From an uncultured Thiotrichales bacterium (lineage in GTDB: Bacteria; Pseudomonadota; Gammaproteobacteria; CAZUMV01): a stretch of 60,411 bases of DNA. The DNA lies in the NCBI GenBank assembly GCA_938041655.1, contig CALISW010000141.1, positions 1 to 60,411 of the forward strand. The letters run 5' to 3'. The position numbers and the translations under genes were made by a program. Below are positions 19,052 through 27,566 of the stretch, one piece after another (the first letter of the stretch is position 1; every line of letters starts with the position of its first letter). The notes beneath the pieces were generated by a model that had not been told where the DNA came from, did no database searches, and saw only the letters and a list, made by a program, of their open reading frames with translations.

Positions 19052-20134
19052 CTAGTCGTGCGTATGCCCATGATCATGCCCATCACTATGATCATGATCG
19101 TGGTGATGACCATGGCTGTGACCATGACTATCATCGTCGTGAATATGCTCAGGCGCATGCTCTTCGTATTTCATTTCACGATCAAAACTATGACCAGGAT
19201 TATCACTATTACTAAAGTCATCTGGTGTTTTGATCTTGCGCTTACCCATCAAAGGCATGGTTCTTTCAAAATCTTCAGGCCCATGTGGGTGATTGTGCGA
19301 AGTAGACACCATCCAGTTATAGAGTATCGGATCACGACGCTGTAAACGAGCGGCAGAGCGCAGTTGATTTTCTTTTGGCGTGGTCCACGGATTGTAATGA
19401 AAATGATTAAAGAGTTTTGAGTCGGTTCGACCCAGGGCAATACAACCAAGATTCGAGGCAAACGCGCCGTGGTTGATATATGCCGGACGCCAAAAGTAAC
19501 CGCCCGTTGGTATCTCACCAAACTGCATCATCCATGAGGTACCCCACAGGTGGTAGGACTCCTCGGCACAGTCGTGGTAGGAAATATTATCCTGCCAAAA
19601 GTCCGGGGTCATACAGTACAAAAATGTCAGTGCCATACTATTCGGATTGTAATTAAGCAGCTTGACCATACAACCACTGGCAACAGTCGGTGATGTCACA
19701 CCACCACCGGCCCATGGAATATCATCAAATGAGCTGACATCGTGATACAAAGCAGGGTTACATTGTTGATGATGCGAACGTGACGAGACGTGTGAAGGTC
19801 CGCCAGTATTGAACATCATCAATAATAGTGCGCCGTCTTTAGACTTGAGGCTGGACATTGAATAACCAGCCGGAACATAAAAATAATGTCCTCGTCGATA
19901 AGTCTTATTACCGAACTGAATCTCACCCTCTTGCACCATCAGCTCGTACTCTGACCAACTGAAACCAGGCGGACGCTTATAACCACCGTCCAACTGCACA
20001 GTCATACTGCATGCACCAGTCTCATTATCAAGACTCAGCATTTTGTAGCGGAAACCTTTGCCCATACCGGGCAAGGTCATATTTTTAAAATGAACATCGC
20101 GATCGCAAAACGGTTCTATATGTGGTCTTCCCAT
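19052..20134 (-). CDS. Cupin-like protein with C-terminal His/Asp-rich metal-binding tail
   Basis: 360 aa. Cupin-like strands (YELMVQEGEIQFG...HYFYVPAG; YHLWGTSWMMQFGEIPTGGYFWRPAYINHGAF). The last 31 residues, HIHDDDSHGHSHGHHHDHDHSDGHDHGHTHD, contain 14 His and 8 Asp by my count. Confidence 0.5.
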   Translation of the reverse strand: MGRPHIEPFCDRDVHFKNMTLPGMGKGFRYKMLSLDNETGACSMTVQLDGGYKRPPGFSWSEYELMVQEGEIQFGNKTYRRGHYFYVPAGYSMSSLKSKDGALLLMMFNTGGPSHVSSRSHHQQCNPALYHDVSSFDDIPWAGGGVTSPTVASGCMVKLLNYNPNSMALTFLYCMTPDFWQDNISYHDCAEESYHLWGTSWMMQFGEIPTGGYFWRPAYINHGAFASNLGCIALGRTDSKLFNHFHYNPWTTPKENQLRSAARLQRRDPILYNWMVSTSHNHPHGPEDFERTMPLMGKRKIKTPDDFSNSDNPGHSFDREMKYEEHAPEHIHDDDSHGHSHGHHHDHDHSDGHDHGHTHD

Positions 20135-20143
20135 GATCCTCTC

Positions 20144-20437
20144 CTATTTCTTTTCTACGCCATATTTCCATATGACAGTGTTAGCATTCTTGCGTTTCGG
20201 CTCTACCGGTATATCTTCGGGTTTGATCTTCATACGTTGATCACCATCGAAGTTAAATCCACGTGACTGAATACGCGTCAGAAACTGGGCGTACCACTTT
20301 TTACGTTGTGGCTCCAGATCCTTCATCTGACGGCGAATCTTGTTATAACGCTTTTCCTGTTCGTCCACTTCCTCGGCATGCCACTCTTTTTCTGCCTTGG
20401 TTGGCTTGTGCTTTATCTTTGTAAATAAAAATGTCAT
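20144..20437 (-). CDS. Hypothetical highly charged protein (97 aa)
   Basis: The ORF fits tightly in the operon (21 nt and 9 nt gaps). No domain recognised. Confidence 0.45.
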   Translation of the reverse strand: MTFLFTKIKHKPTKAEKEWHAEEVDEQEKRYNKIRRQMKDLEPQRKKWYAQFLTRIQSRGFNFDGDQRMKIKPEDIPVEPKRKNANTVIWKYGVEKK

Positions 20438-20458
20438 TGATGTCTCCTTTACTAATGT

Positions 20459-21667
20459 CTAAATATTTGTGCATTGGAAGATATCGCCGTGCTCGATCAA
20501 CTGATCGATATCTCCGTCTGCGTAGCCAATTTCGGCTAATACTTCTCTCGTGTGTTCGCCCAACCTTGGAGGCAGACGATCGATTGATGCCGGTGTTTTT
20601 GATAAATTCGCCGGCGGGCTTGAAAATCGTAATTTACCTTCTGTCGGATGCTCGTGCTCCTGCCAAAAACCTGTGCTGACAAGATGCTCATCAGTCAGCA
20701 AAGTATCCAGTGAGTTAACCACCATCATAGGAACATTAGTATCACCTAACAAATCCAACCACTCTTGACGGGTCTTTTCCTTAATCACATCACCGGTCGC
20801 TTTGTACGACGCATTAATGTTTTGCAGACGACTTTTCATATCCTTGAAATCCGGGTTCTCTGCCAGTTCCGGATGACCCGATAATTTAGCAAAGGTCAGC
20901 CAATGGTTATCCCAGTATGGCAATACCGCCAAATACAAACCGTCTTTGGTCTCATAGGGTCGTCGATGACTTGCCATTAAGCGTACATAACCAGCTTCAC
21001 CAATCGGCGGTTCAAAAGTTTTCCCCCACATGTGTTCGGTCATCACAAATGCAGCCATAGTTTCGAACATCGGAACCTCTATCTGCTGTCCTTCTCCTGT
21101 TCGTTCTCGATGAAACAAAGCCGCTAAAATCGACTGAGCCGCCATCATGCCTGTGGTCTTATCAGCAACGATGGTAGGCAAGTAACGTACCTCGCCATAC
21201 ATTTCCTTGACCAACATGGCGATACCGGACGCCGCCTGAATCGAATCATCCAGCGCACCCTTCTCACCATATACACCCTTGGTTGAATAACCATAAGCAC
21301 CACAGTAAACAATGTTCGGATTGTATTTAACTATATCGTCGTATCCAAAACCGAGTCTGGCGATCGATTGTGGCCGGTAATTATGTAGCACCACATCCGC
21401 TTCTTTAATCAATGAATGACAGGCTGCTTTGCCACCTTCCGACTTCAGATCCAGCACAATACTGCGCTTGTTGCGGTTACAGCCCATGAACAATGAAGAC
21501 ATGTCTGCATTTTCGCGCGAAGGCCCCAGGTTACGATTAGTATCACCGCCAGGTGGCTCTACTTTGACTACATCAGCGCCATGATCAGCCAGCATTTGAC
21601 CGGCGTATGGGCCCAACACGACACTCGCCATTTCTACTATTTTTACGCCTTGTAGTGCACCACTCAT
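20459..21667 (-). CDS. Family III (CaiB/BaiF) CoA-transferase, copy 2
   Basis: GVKIVEMASVVLGPYAGQMLADHGADVVKVEPP N-terminus. ATGA overlap with the upstream amidohydrolase stop. Confidence 0.9.
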   Translation of the reverse strand: MSGALQGVKIVEMASVVLGPYAGQMLADHGADVVKVEPPGGDTNRNLGPSRENADMSSLFMGCNRNKRSIVLDLKSEGGKAACHSLIKEADVVLHNYRPQSIARLGFGYDDIVKYNPNIVYCGAYGYSTKGVYGEKGALDDSIQAASGIAMLVKEMYGEVRYLPTIVADKTTGMMAAQSILAALFHRERTGEGQQIEVPMFETMAAFVMTEHMWGKTFEPPIGEAGYVRLMASHRRPYETKDGLYLAVLPYWDNHWLTFAKLSGHPELAENPDFKDMKSRLQNINASYKATGDVIKEKTRQEWLDLLGDTNVPMMVVNSLDTLLTDEHLVSTGFWQEHEHPTEGKLRFSSPPANLSKTPASIDRLPPRLGEHTREVLAEIGYADGDIDQLIEHGDIFQCTNI

Positions 21668-22518
21668 AATTTATATAACTGCCTGGCGTTATCACGCATA
21701 AATTTTTGTCGCGCTTCGGGCTTAAGTTCCATGTCATTTATTTCTGCTACAGTACGCTCAAAACGAAGTACCGGGAAATCAGTACCAAACAACACTTTAT
21801 CCTGCCCATAGCTATTGATGTATTGCTTGACTGACGCGGGCCAGTATTTAGGGCTGTGCGCGTCAGTAGCGATATATACATTTTCGTGCTTCCATGCCAT
21901 GGCGATCATTTCGTCCTGCCAGGGTATACCGACATGTGTGCCAATGAGTTTCAACTCAGGTAAATCACAAGCAACATCATCGAGATAAATAGGTCTACCG
22001 ACACTCTTGCCGCGCTGGTCTTTGCTATAAATCAGTGACTGTCCGACCTGCATCTGGATTGGGATATCCAGCTCTATGCACTTGGCATAAAACGGATAGT
22101 AACGTGCGTGATTGGGCGGCAGATCAAACCAGTGTGGATACAGATGAGCACCAATAAAACCCATATTAGTCACGGCATCTTCCATCGCCCTGACTCCATC
22201 CATTCCTTGGAATGGATCAACCCCGATCAAACCACGAAAGCGATCCGGGTATTGATCAACTGCCTTGGCAACGACCTCGGGAGGCATATGGTAGCTGCCA
22301 GGCAATCCCAGCCTGCCTGATTTAGCCGCAACCAGAAAACCAATTTCTATATTGGCAGCATCCATACCTTCGAGCATGCTTTCCAGTGAAATACCCTGAC
22401 TATCGTGCTTACCTTTTACCTTGCCAACAAAAAATTCGTCAGTCCACCCCGGCCTGTGAGACAAAGCCTCTTCGTTCCAGAGATTAACAACAGCATCTAT
22501 GGCGCCGTAATTTTCCAT
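21664..22518 (-). CDS. Amidohydrolase_2 family protein (ACMSD/LigI-like metal-dependent hydrolase or decarboxylase)
   Basis: 284 aa with typical length and C-terminal DKVLFGTDFP motif. The start shares one base with the upstream stop (TAATG). Confidence 0.7.
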   Translation of the reverse strand: MENYGAIDAVVNLWNEEALSHRPGWTDEFFVGKVKGKHDSQGISLESMLEGMDAANIEIGFLVAAKSGRLGLPGSYHMPPEVVAKAVDQYPDRFRGLIGVDPFQGMDGVRAMEDAVTNMGFIGAHLYPHWFDLPPNHARYYPFYAKCIELDIPIQMQVGQSLIYSKDQRGKSVGRPIYLDDVACDLPELKLIGTHVGIPWQDEMIAMAWKHENVYIATDAHSPKYWPASVKQYINSYGQDKVLFGTDFPVLRFERTVAEINDMELKPEARQKFMRDNARQLYKL

Positions 22519-23177
22519 TATGCTCCCAGCACAATGATAGCCAGACCACAGGCACTAATCGTGGCACCACAGGCTGTATGACCAAATCTAAACATGGAAA
22601 AGTGTCTCAGCCTTGCCAGCCCGTAACTGGTAATCAAGACTGCACCAAGCATCGTCAACATGGTTACTCCGGCAAAGACAGCAGTTACCAACAACATGCC
22701 TGCGACACTAAAAGTCATTGCGGGATACATCAGTATTGGAATCAGTGGTTCACAAGGGCCAATGATAAAAATGACTAAAATGGCGAACGGAGAAAATCTG
22801 GCCAGTTTAAAGCCTGAGCCATCAACGTCATGATGCGTATGTGTGGCCTTTTTCTTGTAAGCATGCCGCAAACCCCAGACTGCATATACCAAACCAAAGG
22901 CAACCAGCAACCAGGCTGCTATTTCTCCACGCATGCTCTCAATTAAACCCAGCTGGTCCAGCTTGGCTCTTATGGCGATACCGACGAAGCCCAGCAGTAC
23001 CGACCCGAGAATATGCCCAAATCCGATCAAAGTGGTAACCGCCGCCAGTTTTTTCATACTCCAGTTTCTGGCTGCAGAAACTGCCGTTAATGGTAGATAG
23101 TGATCAACACCAATAATAGTGTGGACAAAGGCAATAGTTGCCGCCGTACTGGCGAGCACTAAAAGTTCTGGATGCAT
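22518..23177 (-). CDS. Integral membrane protein with His-rich loop; candidate metal (Ni/Co-type) transporter
   Basis: 219 aa, about 6 hydrophobic spans. Has VHTIIGVDH in the first span and a central KKKATHTHHDVDG loop. The family call is tentative. Confidence 0.35.
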   Translation of the reverse strand: MHPELLVLASTAATIAFVHTIIGVDHYLPLTAVSAARNWSMKKLAAVTTLIGFGHILGSVLLGFVGIAIRAKLDQLGLIESMRGEIAAWLLVAFGLVYAVWGLRHAYKKKATHTHHDVDGSGFKLARFSPFAILVIFIIGPCEPLIPILMYPAMTFSVAGMLLVTAVFAGVTMLTMLGAVLITSYGLARLRHFSMFRFGHTACGATISACGLAIIVLGA

Positions 23178-23198
23178 TGCGACTCTCTAGCTATGTTA

Positions 23199-23222
23199 TA
23201 ATGTTATATGATTAGTACATTA
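23199..23222. promoter_or_regulatory. Palindromic operator copy in a divergent promoter region
   Basis: TAATGTTATA-TGAT-TAGTACATTA. A TATAAT hexamer overlaps the left arm. The site is 22 nt from the minus-strand gene start and 75 nt from the LeuC-like start. Confidence 0.6.
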
Positions 23223-23296
23223 TGCTTGGAAATTACGTTTCAGGCAAGAAACACAGACTTTTGAACCGACTATGCCTCGCTGTATGAAACCACACT

Positions 23297-24712
23297 ATGA
23301 CTAGCACATTATTCGACAAAATCTGGCAGGACCATCTGGTCAGCGAGCTTGAAGGCGGCGAGTCATTACTTTATATAGATCGCATCTTTTTGCATGAAAG
23401 AACTGGCAGTATTGCCATGCAAAGCCTGGTCGACCAAGGGCGAGGCATCAAAAATCCTGAACACGTATTTTGCACTATCGATCATATCGTAGACACCACA
23501 CCGGGTCGTACAGATATGACACTACTCCCGTCCGGTCATGAGTTTATTCGCAGCACCAGAAAACTCGCACTGGACTTCGGTATACAGTTCTTTGACATCA
23601 ATGATCCGCGGCAAGGTATCGTTCATGTAGTCTCACCAGAACAAGGTATTGCCCTACCCGGTTGCATCATAGTATGCCCGGACAGTCACACCTGTACACT
23701 CGGCGGCCTCGGTGCGCTGGGATGGGGCATCGGCTCTACTGATGCTGAACACGCTATAGCAACCTCAACACTCAAGTCTAGAAAACCAAAAAACATGCGC
23801 ATCACCTTCTCCGGTGTTACAGCCCCAGGAGTTACCGCCAAAGACATGATTCTGCATCTGATTGGTGAATATCAAGCCAGCGGTGGCCAGGGATACGCGC
23901 TAGAGTTCGCAGGCGAAGCTGTCACCAACCTATCGATCGAAAGTCGACTGACTCTGTGCAACATGGCAGTAGAGTTCTCCGCATTCAGCGCGGTTATTGC
24001 ACCCGATGAAAAGACTATTGAATACGTTAAGGGCCGACCCTACGCTCCTGCTGGCAAACAATGGGAGCAAGCTGTAGAGCATTGGCAAACTCTCAAGTCC
24101 GAGCTTGATGCAAGCTTTGATGCCGAGATAGTGATAGATGCCAGCAAAATCGAACCTTGTGTTACCTGGGGCACCAGTCCGGAACATGTCATCGGGATAA
24201 ATGATACCGTGCCTGACCCATTGCGAGAAGACAATCTCGAAAAGAGAGCAGCAATGCAACGCGCACTCGAATATATGGATCTTAAACCAGGTGAACAAGC
24301 CAACAAGATCCATATAGATGCCGCGTTCATTGGCTCATGCACCAATAGTCGACTAAGTAATCTACAAGCGGCGGCTGAGCAGCTAAAAGGCAAGCGCGTA
24401 GCGGAACATGTAAAAGCTATTTGTGTACCCGGTTCTACGCAAGTAAAAGCTGCCGCCGAAAAAGAAGGGTTGGATAAAATCTTCATCGACGCTGGTTTTG
24501 AATGGCGTGAAGCTGGTTGCTCAATGTGTTTTTACGCTGGCGGTGAAACCTTTGGCGAGAAACAGCGCATTATTACCAGCACCAACCGTAATTTTGAAGG
24601 CCGCCAAGGGCCGGGGAACCGCTCACATCTTGCCAGCGCGGTGATGGTAGCGGCGAGCGCTGTAGAAGGTCACATAACTGCTCCGAAACAATCAGGTGAA
24701 AACAATGGATAA
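23297..24712 (+). CDS. Aconitase-superfamily hydro-lyase large subunit (LeuC-like)
   Basis: 471 aa. LLYIDRIFLHE, GSCTNSR and CSMC cluster-ligand motifs. There is no leuB next to it, and it is divergent from a catabolic operon. Confidence 0.8.
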   Translation: MTSTLFDKIWQDHLVSELEGGESLLYIDRIFLHERTGSIAMQSLVDQGRGIKNPEHVFCTIDHIVDTTPGRTDMTLLPSGHEFIRSTRKLALDFGIQFFDINDPRQGIVHVVSPEQGIALPGCIIVCPDSHTCTLGGLGALGWGIGSTDAEHAIATSTLKSRKPKNMRITFSGVTAPGVTAKDMILHLIGEYQASGGQGYALEFAGEAVTNLSIESRLTLCNMAVEFSAFSAVIAPDEKTIEYVKGRPYAPAGKQWEQAVEHWQTLKSELDASFDAEIVIDASKIEPCVTWGTSPEHVIGINDTVPDPLREDNLEKRAAMQRALEYMDLKPGEQANKIHIDAAFIGSCTNSRLSNLQAAAEQLKGKRVAEHVKAICVPGSTQVKAAAEKEGLDKIFIDAGFEWREAGCSMCFYAGGETFGEKQRIITSTNRNFEGRQGPGNRSHLASAVMVAASAVEGHITAPKQSGENNG

Positions 24713-25316
24713 ATTCACCGACCACTTTGGCTTAACCGCACCGCTGATGCGAATCAATATTGATACTGATGCAATTATCCCTTCCAAAAGAATGCGCAGT
24801 GTTTCCAAACACGGTCTTGGCCCATCTGCTTTTTACAACTGGCGCTTTCATGAAGAAAACGTAGAAAATCCTGAATTCGTACTCAACCAGGCTCCATATC
24901 GGGATGCCAGCATTTTACTCAGCGGGAAAAATTTTGGTTGCGGCTCATCGAGAGAGCACGCCGTCTGGGCCCTGAAAGAATTTGGTATTAAAACCATCAT
25001 TGCCCCCAGCTTTGGTACGATTTTTTATAAAAACTGTATACGAAACGGGATCTTACCGGCGACTCTGGGAGAGAAAGAACTTGAGCAGTTAGCCGAGTCT
25101 GTGGCCAATAGTGGTGACAAGCACTCTATGATTGACCTGGAAAAGAAAATTATTTCACATGGGTCTCTGGAGTTTTCATTTGAGATAGTTGAAACCGATC
25201 AAAAGACCTTGCTTGCTGGCCTTGATCCGATCACGCAAACATTATTACATGCAAAATCTATTGATGAATTTATCAGTCAGGACCGATCCAGTCGCAAGTG
25301 GGCACATCTAGACTAG
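24705..25316 (+). CDS. Aconitase-superfamily hydro-lyase small subunit (LeuD-like)
   Basis: GKNFGCGSSREHAVWAL motif. ATG 24705 is preceded by AGGTGA and overlaps the large-subunit stop by 8 nt (the track start is GTG 24696). Confidence 0.8.
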   Translation: MDKFTDHFGLTAPLMRINIDTDAIIPSKRMRSVSKHGLGPSAFYNWRFHEENVENPEFVLNQAPYRDASILLSGKNFGCGSSREHAVWALKEFGIKTIIAPSFGTIFYKNCIRNGILPATLGEKELEQLAESVANSGDKHSMIDLEKKIISHGSLEFSFEIVETDQKTLLAGLDPITQTLLHAKSIDEFISQDRSSRKWAHLD

Positions 25317-25336
25317 AGCTGTATGCAGGTTAAGAC

Positions 25337-26515
25337 TTACTTAACCAGACCCTGATCTCGCAATGTAGCAATCTCTTGATCAGACAAACCCAGATCTTTG
25401 GCAATCTCTGAAAAATGCTCTCCAGCCTGCGGCGGGTTGTGTCGGGCTGGCATACGCTTACCGGAAAACTCAACTGGAATACCAGGCAGTAAAGCCTTGG
25501 TGCCGTCTGTAAGTTCAAGCTCCAGCAAGCCACCATCGAGTAAATGTTCATCCGTAAACAAATCAGATGGCGTGTTGATTGGCGCATAGGGCAAACCAAT
25601 TTTATCCAGCTTGTGCAGCAATTTCTTTTTGCTTAACTTACCAAAGGCCTTGGCCACCACCGGCAAGATTGTCTCACGGGCCTCTACCCTGCCATTGTTA
25701 CTGGCGAGACTCTCATCCTCTGACCACTCTTTAAAACCAAAGACCTCACAAAAACCTCGCCACAATGTATCACTCACTACAGCAACAAAAATCTTCTCGT
25801 CATCTTTAGTCGTGAAAATGTCATATATTGCCCAGGCAGAATTACGCTGACTCATCGGCGGCGGAGCTATCCCGGTAACCGCTTCTTGCGCCATGTGCTG
25901 TCCCATCAAAAAGACGGTCGACTCAAACAATGAACTGGTCAGATATTGCCCTTTGCCGGTAGTGTGTCGCTGCTCAATTGCCGAAAGAATTCCAATCACA
26001 CCAAACATACCTCCAGAAACATCAACCACTGATGCTCCTGCACGCATTGGCTTGTCTGGCAAACCTGTCATATACGCCAGTCCACCCATCATTTGGGTGA
26101 CTTCATCGAGCGCAGTTCGATGTTGATAAGGACCGGAAAGAAAACCTTTCAAAGAGCAATATACCAGTCGGTCATTCAGGGCTGCACAATCGTCATAGCC
26201 CAGGCCCAGCTTATCCATCGCACCGGGTCGAAAATTTTCTATCATGATGTCAGCGGTGCGTAGCAACTTATAGACGAAGGTCAAACCGTCATCGGATTTC
26301 AAATCTACGCAGATACTTTTCTTATTGCGGTTATACATCGGAAAATAACCGGCTCCAGAACCTTTCAGCCGCCGGGTGTTATCACCCGCCAGAGGTTCAA
26401 CCTTGATCACCTCAGCACCCAGATCTGCGAGTATCAATCCTGCTGAAGGCCCCATGACCATGTGTGTAAATTCTATGACTCGCAAGCCAGCTAACGGGAG
26501 TGTTGCCTGTTCCAA
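25337..26515 (-). CDS. Family III (CaiB/BaiF) CoA-transferase, copy 3
   Basis: LAGLRVIEFTHMVMGPSAGLILADLGAEVIKVEP N-terminus; TTG start. Confidence 0.88.
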   Translation of the reverse strand: MEQATLPLAGLRVIEFTHMVMGPSAGLILADLGAEVIKVEPLAGDNTRRLKGSGAGYFPMYNRNKKSICVDLKSDDGLTFVYKLLRTADIMIENFRPGAMDKLGLGYDDCAALNDRLVYCSLKGFLSGPYQHRTALDEVTQMMGGLAYMTGLPDKPMRAGASVVDVSGGMFGVIGILSAIEQRHTTGKGQYLTSSLFESTVFLMGQHMAQEAVTGIAPPPMSQRNSAWAIYDIFTTKDDEKIFVAVVSDTLWRGFCEVFGFKEWSEDESLASNNGRVEARETILPVVAKAFGKLSKKKLLHKLDKIGLPYAPINTPSDLFTDEHLLDGGLLELELTDGTKALLPGIPVEFSGKRMPARHNPPQAGEHFSEIAKDLGLSDQEIATLRDQGLVK

Positions 26516-26565
26516 AATATTACCTGTTGTGAACTATCTCGACCTAATACATTGAGTATTAGGTA

Positions 26566-26589
26566 TAATGTAATAACAATATAACATTA
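26566..26589. promoter_or_regulatory. Palindromic operator copy in a divergent promoter region
   Basis: TAATGTAATA-ACAA-TATAACATTA. The arms are complementary at 9/10 positions. TATAAT (26564-26569) overlaps the left arm. Confidence 0.6.
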
Positions 26590-26621
26590 GACCTCACTTG
26601 CACAGGTTGAGCTTCAATATT

Positions 26622-27557
26622 ATGAGCACCAGAGATATAGAAATCAGTGAAGTTGGCCCACGAGACGGACTGCAAAGCATCGACTCGATCATGTCTACCG
26701 CCGACAAAAAAGCCTGGATTAAAGCTCAGGCAGAAGCAGGCACACCCGAAATAGAAGTCGGATCATTCGTGCCAGCCAAGCTGTTACCTCAATTAGCAGA
26801 TACAGCAGAACTGGTTGAATATGCAACCGGCATTCCTGACCTCAATGTGGCCGTGTTAGTACCCAACCTGTTCGGCGCCAAACGCGCCATAGAAACTGGC
26901 GCCCATAAAATTACCCTGCCTTTCTCGTTAAGTGAAACGCACAGCATGAAAAATGTACGGCGAACGCACGCACAAGTTATCGACGAGATCAGCAATATAG
27001 TAGCCGCTATTAGTGAAAGCGAGAATCGCGACAACACCGTGTTCGAAGTTGGTCTCTCAACCGCGTTTGGATGCACACTCGAAGGCGCCATTGACGAAGA
27101 CTTTGTCGTTGCAATGGCAGCCAAAGCCATTGAACTCGGAGCAGATGAAGTTGGTCTGTCAGACACCACCGGCTACGCCAACCCGACACAAGTCACTCGC
27201 TTGACCAAAGCAATACATCATGAAATCGGCGCTGACAAAATGACTGGCATACATTTGCACAATACGCGTGGCCAAGGGTTGGCTAATGTTATGGCCGCAT
27301 TGGAAGTCGGCTTAACTACGCTGGACTCTTCTCTTGGTGGTATTGGTGGCTGTCCATTTGCACCCGGCGCCAGCGGCAATATCGTTACCGAAGATCTGGT
27401 GTTTTTACTCGAAGCCATGGGCTTAAAAACCGGCATCGATATGGACAAGCTGCTAGCGGTTAGAGAGCAAGTTCAAAAAACACTACCCGAAGAAGAGCTC
27501 TACGGCTTTGTCGCTGCGGCCGGCTTACCTAAAGATTTTGAGGCTGCCAGCGCCTAG
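26622..27557 (+). CDS. HMG-CoA lyase-like (DRE-TIM) acyl-CoA lyase, copy 2
   Basis: VGPRDGLQS, HLHNTRGQGLAN and GGIGGCPFAPGASGNIVTED motifs. I prefer ATG 26622 (MSTRDIEI) over the track's TTG 26598. Confidence 0.85.
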   Translation: MSTRDIEISEVGPRDGLQSIDSIMSTADKKAWIKAQAEAGTPEIEVGSFVPAKLLPQLADTAELVEYATGIPDLNVAVLVPNLFGAKRAIETGAHKITLPFSLSETHSMKNVRRTHAQVIDEISNIVAAISESENRDNTVFEVGLSTAFGCTLEGAIDEDFVVAMAAKAIELGADEVGLSDTTGYANPTQVTRLTKAIHHEIGADKMTGIHLHNTRGQGLANVMAALEVGLTTLDSSLGGIGGCPFAPGASGNIVTEDLVFLLEAMGLKTGIDMDKLLAVREQVQKTLPEEELYGFVAAAGLPKDFEAASA

Positions 27558-27566
27558 CTATAACGG

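Noticed and set aside
19021-19345. Two plus-strand ORFs (19021-19215, His/Asp-rich; 19046-19345, Met/Ile/Thr/Val-rich) overlapping the end of the cupin-like gene
   Set aside because: They are mirror or frame-shifted readings of the CAT/GAT-type codon repeats that encode the His/Asp tail on the minus strand. They lack any ribosome-binding context and overlap two well-supported minus-strand genes.
23297-25316. Calling the LeuC/LeuD-like pair the housekeeping leuCD genes
   Set aside because: No leuB is adjacent and leuA is 24 kb away. The pair shares an operator-bearing divergent promoter with a catabolic operon, and the substrate-loop region (IDRIFLHERTGS) departs from the canonical LeuC pattern. 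I leave the symbol blank because I cannot exclude a housekeeping role without seeing the rest of the genome.
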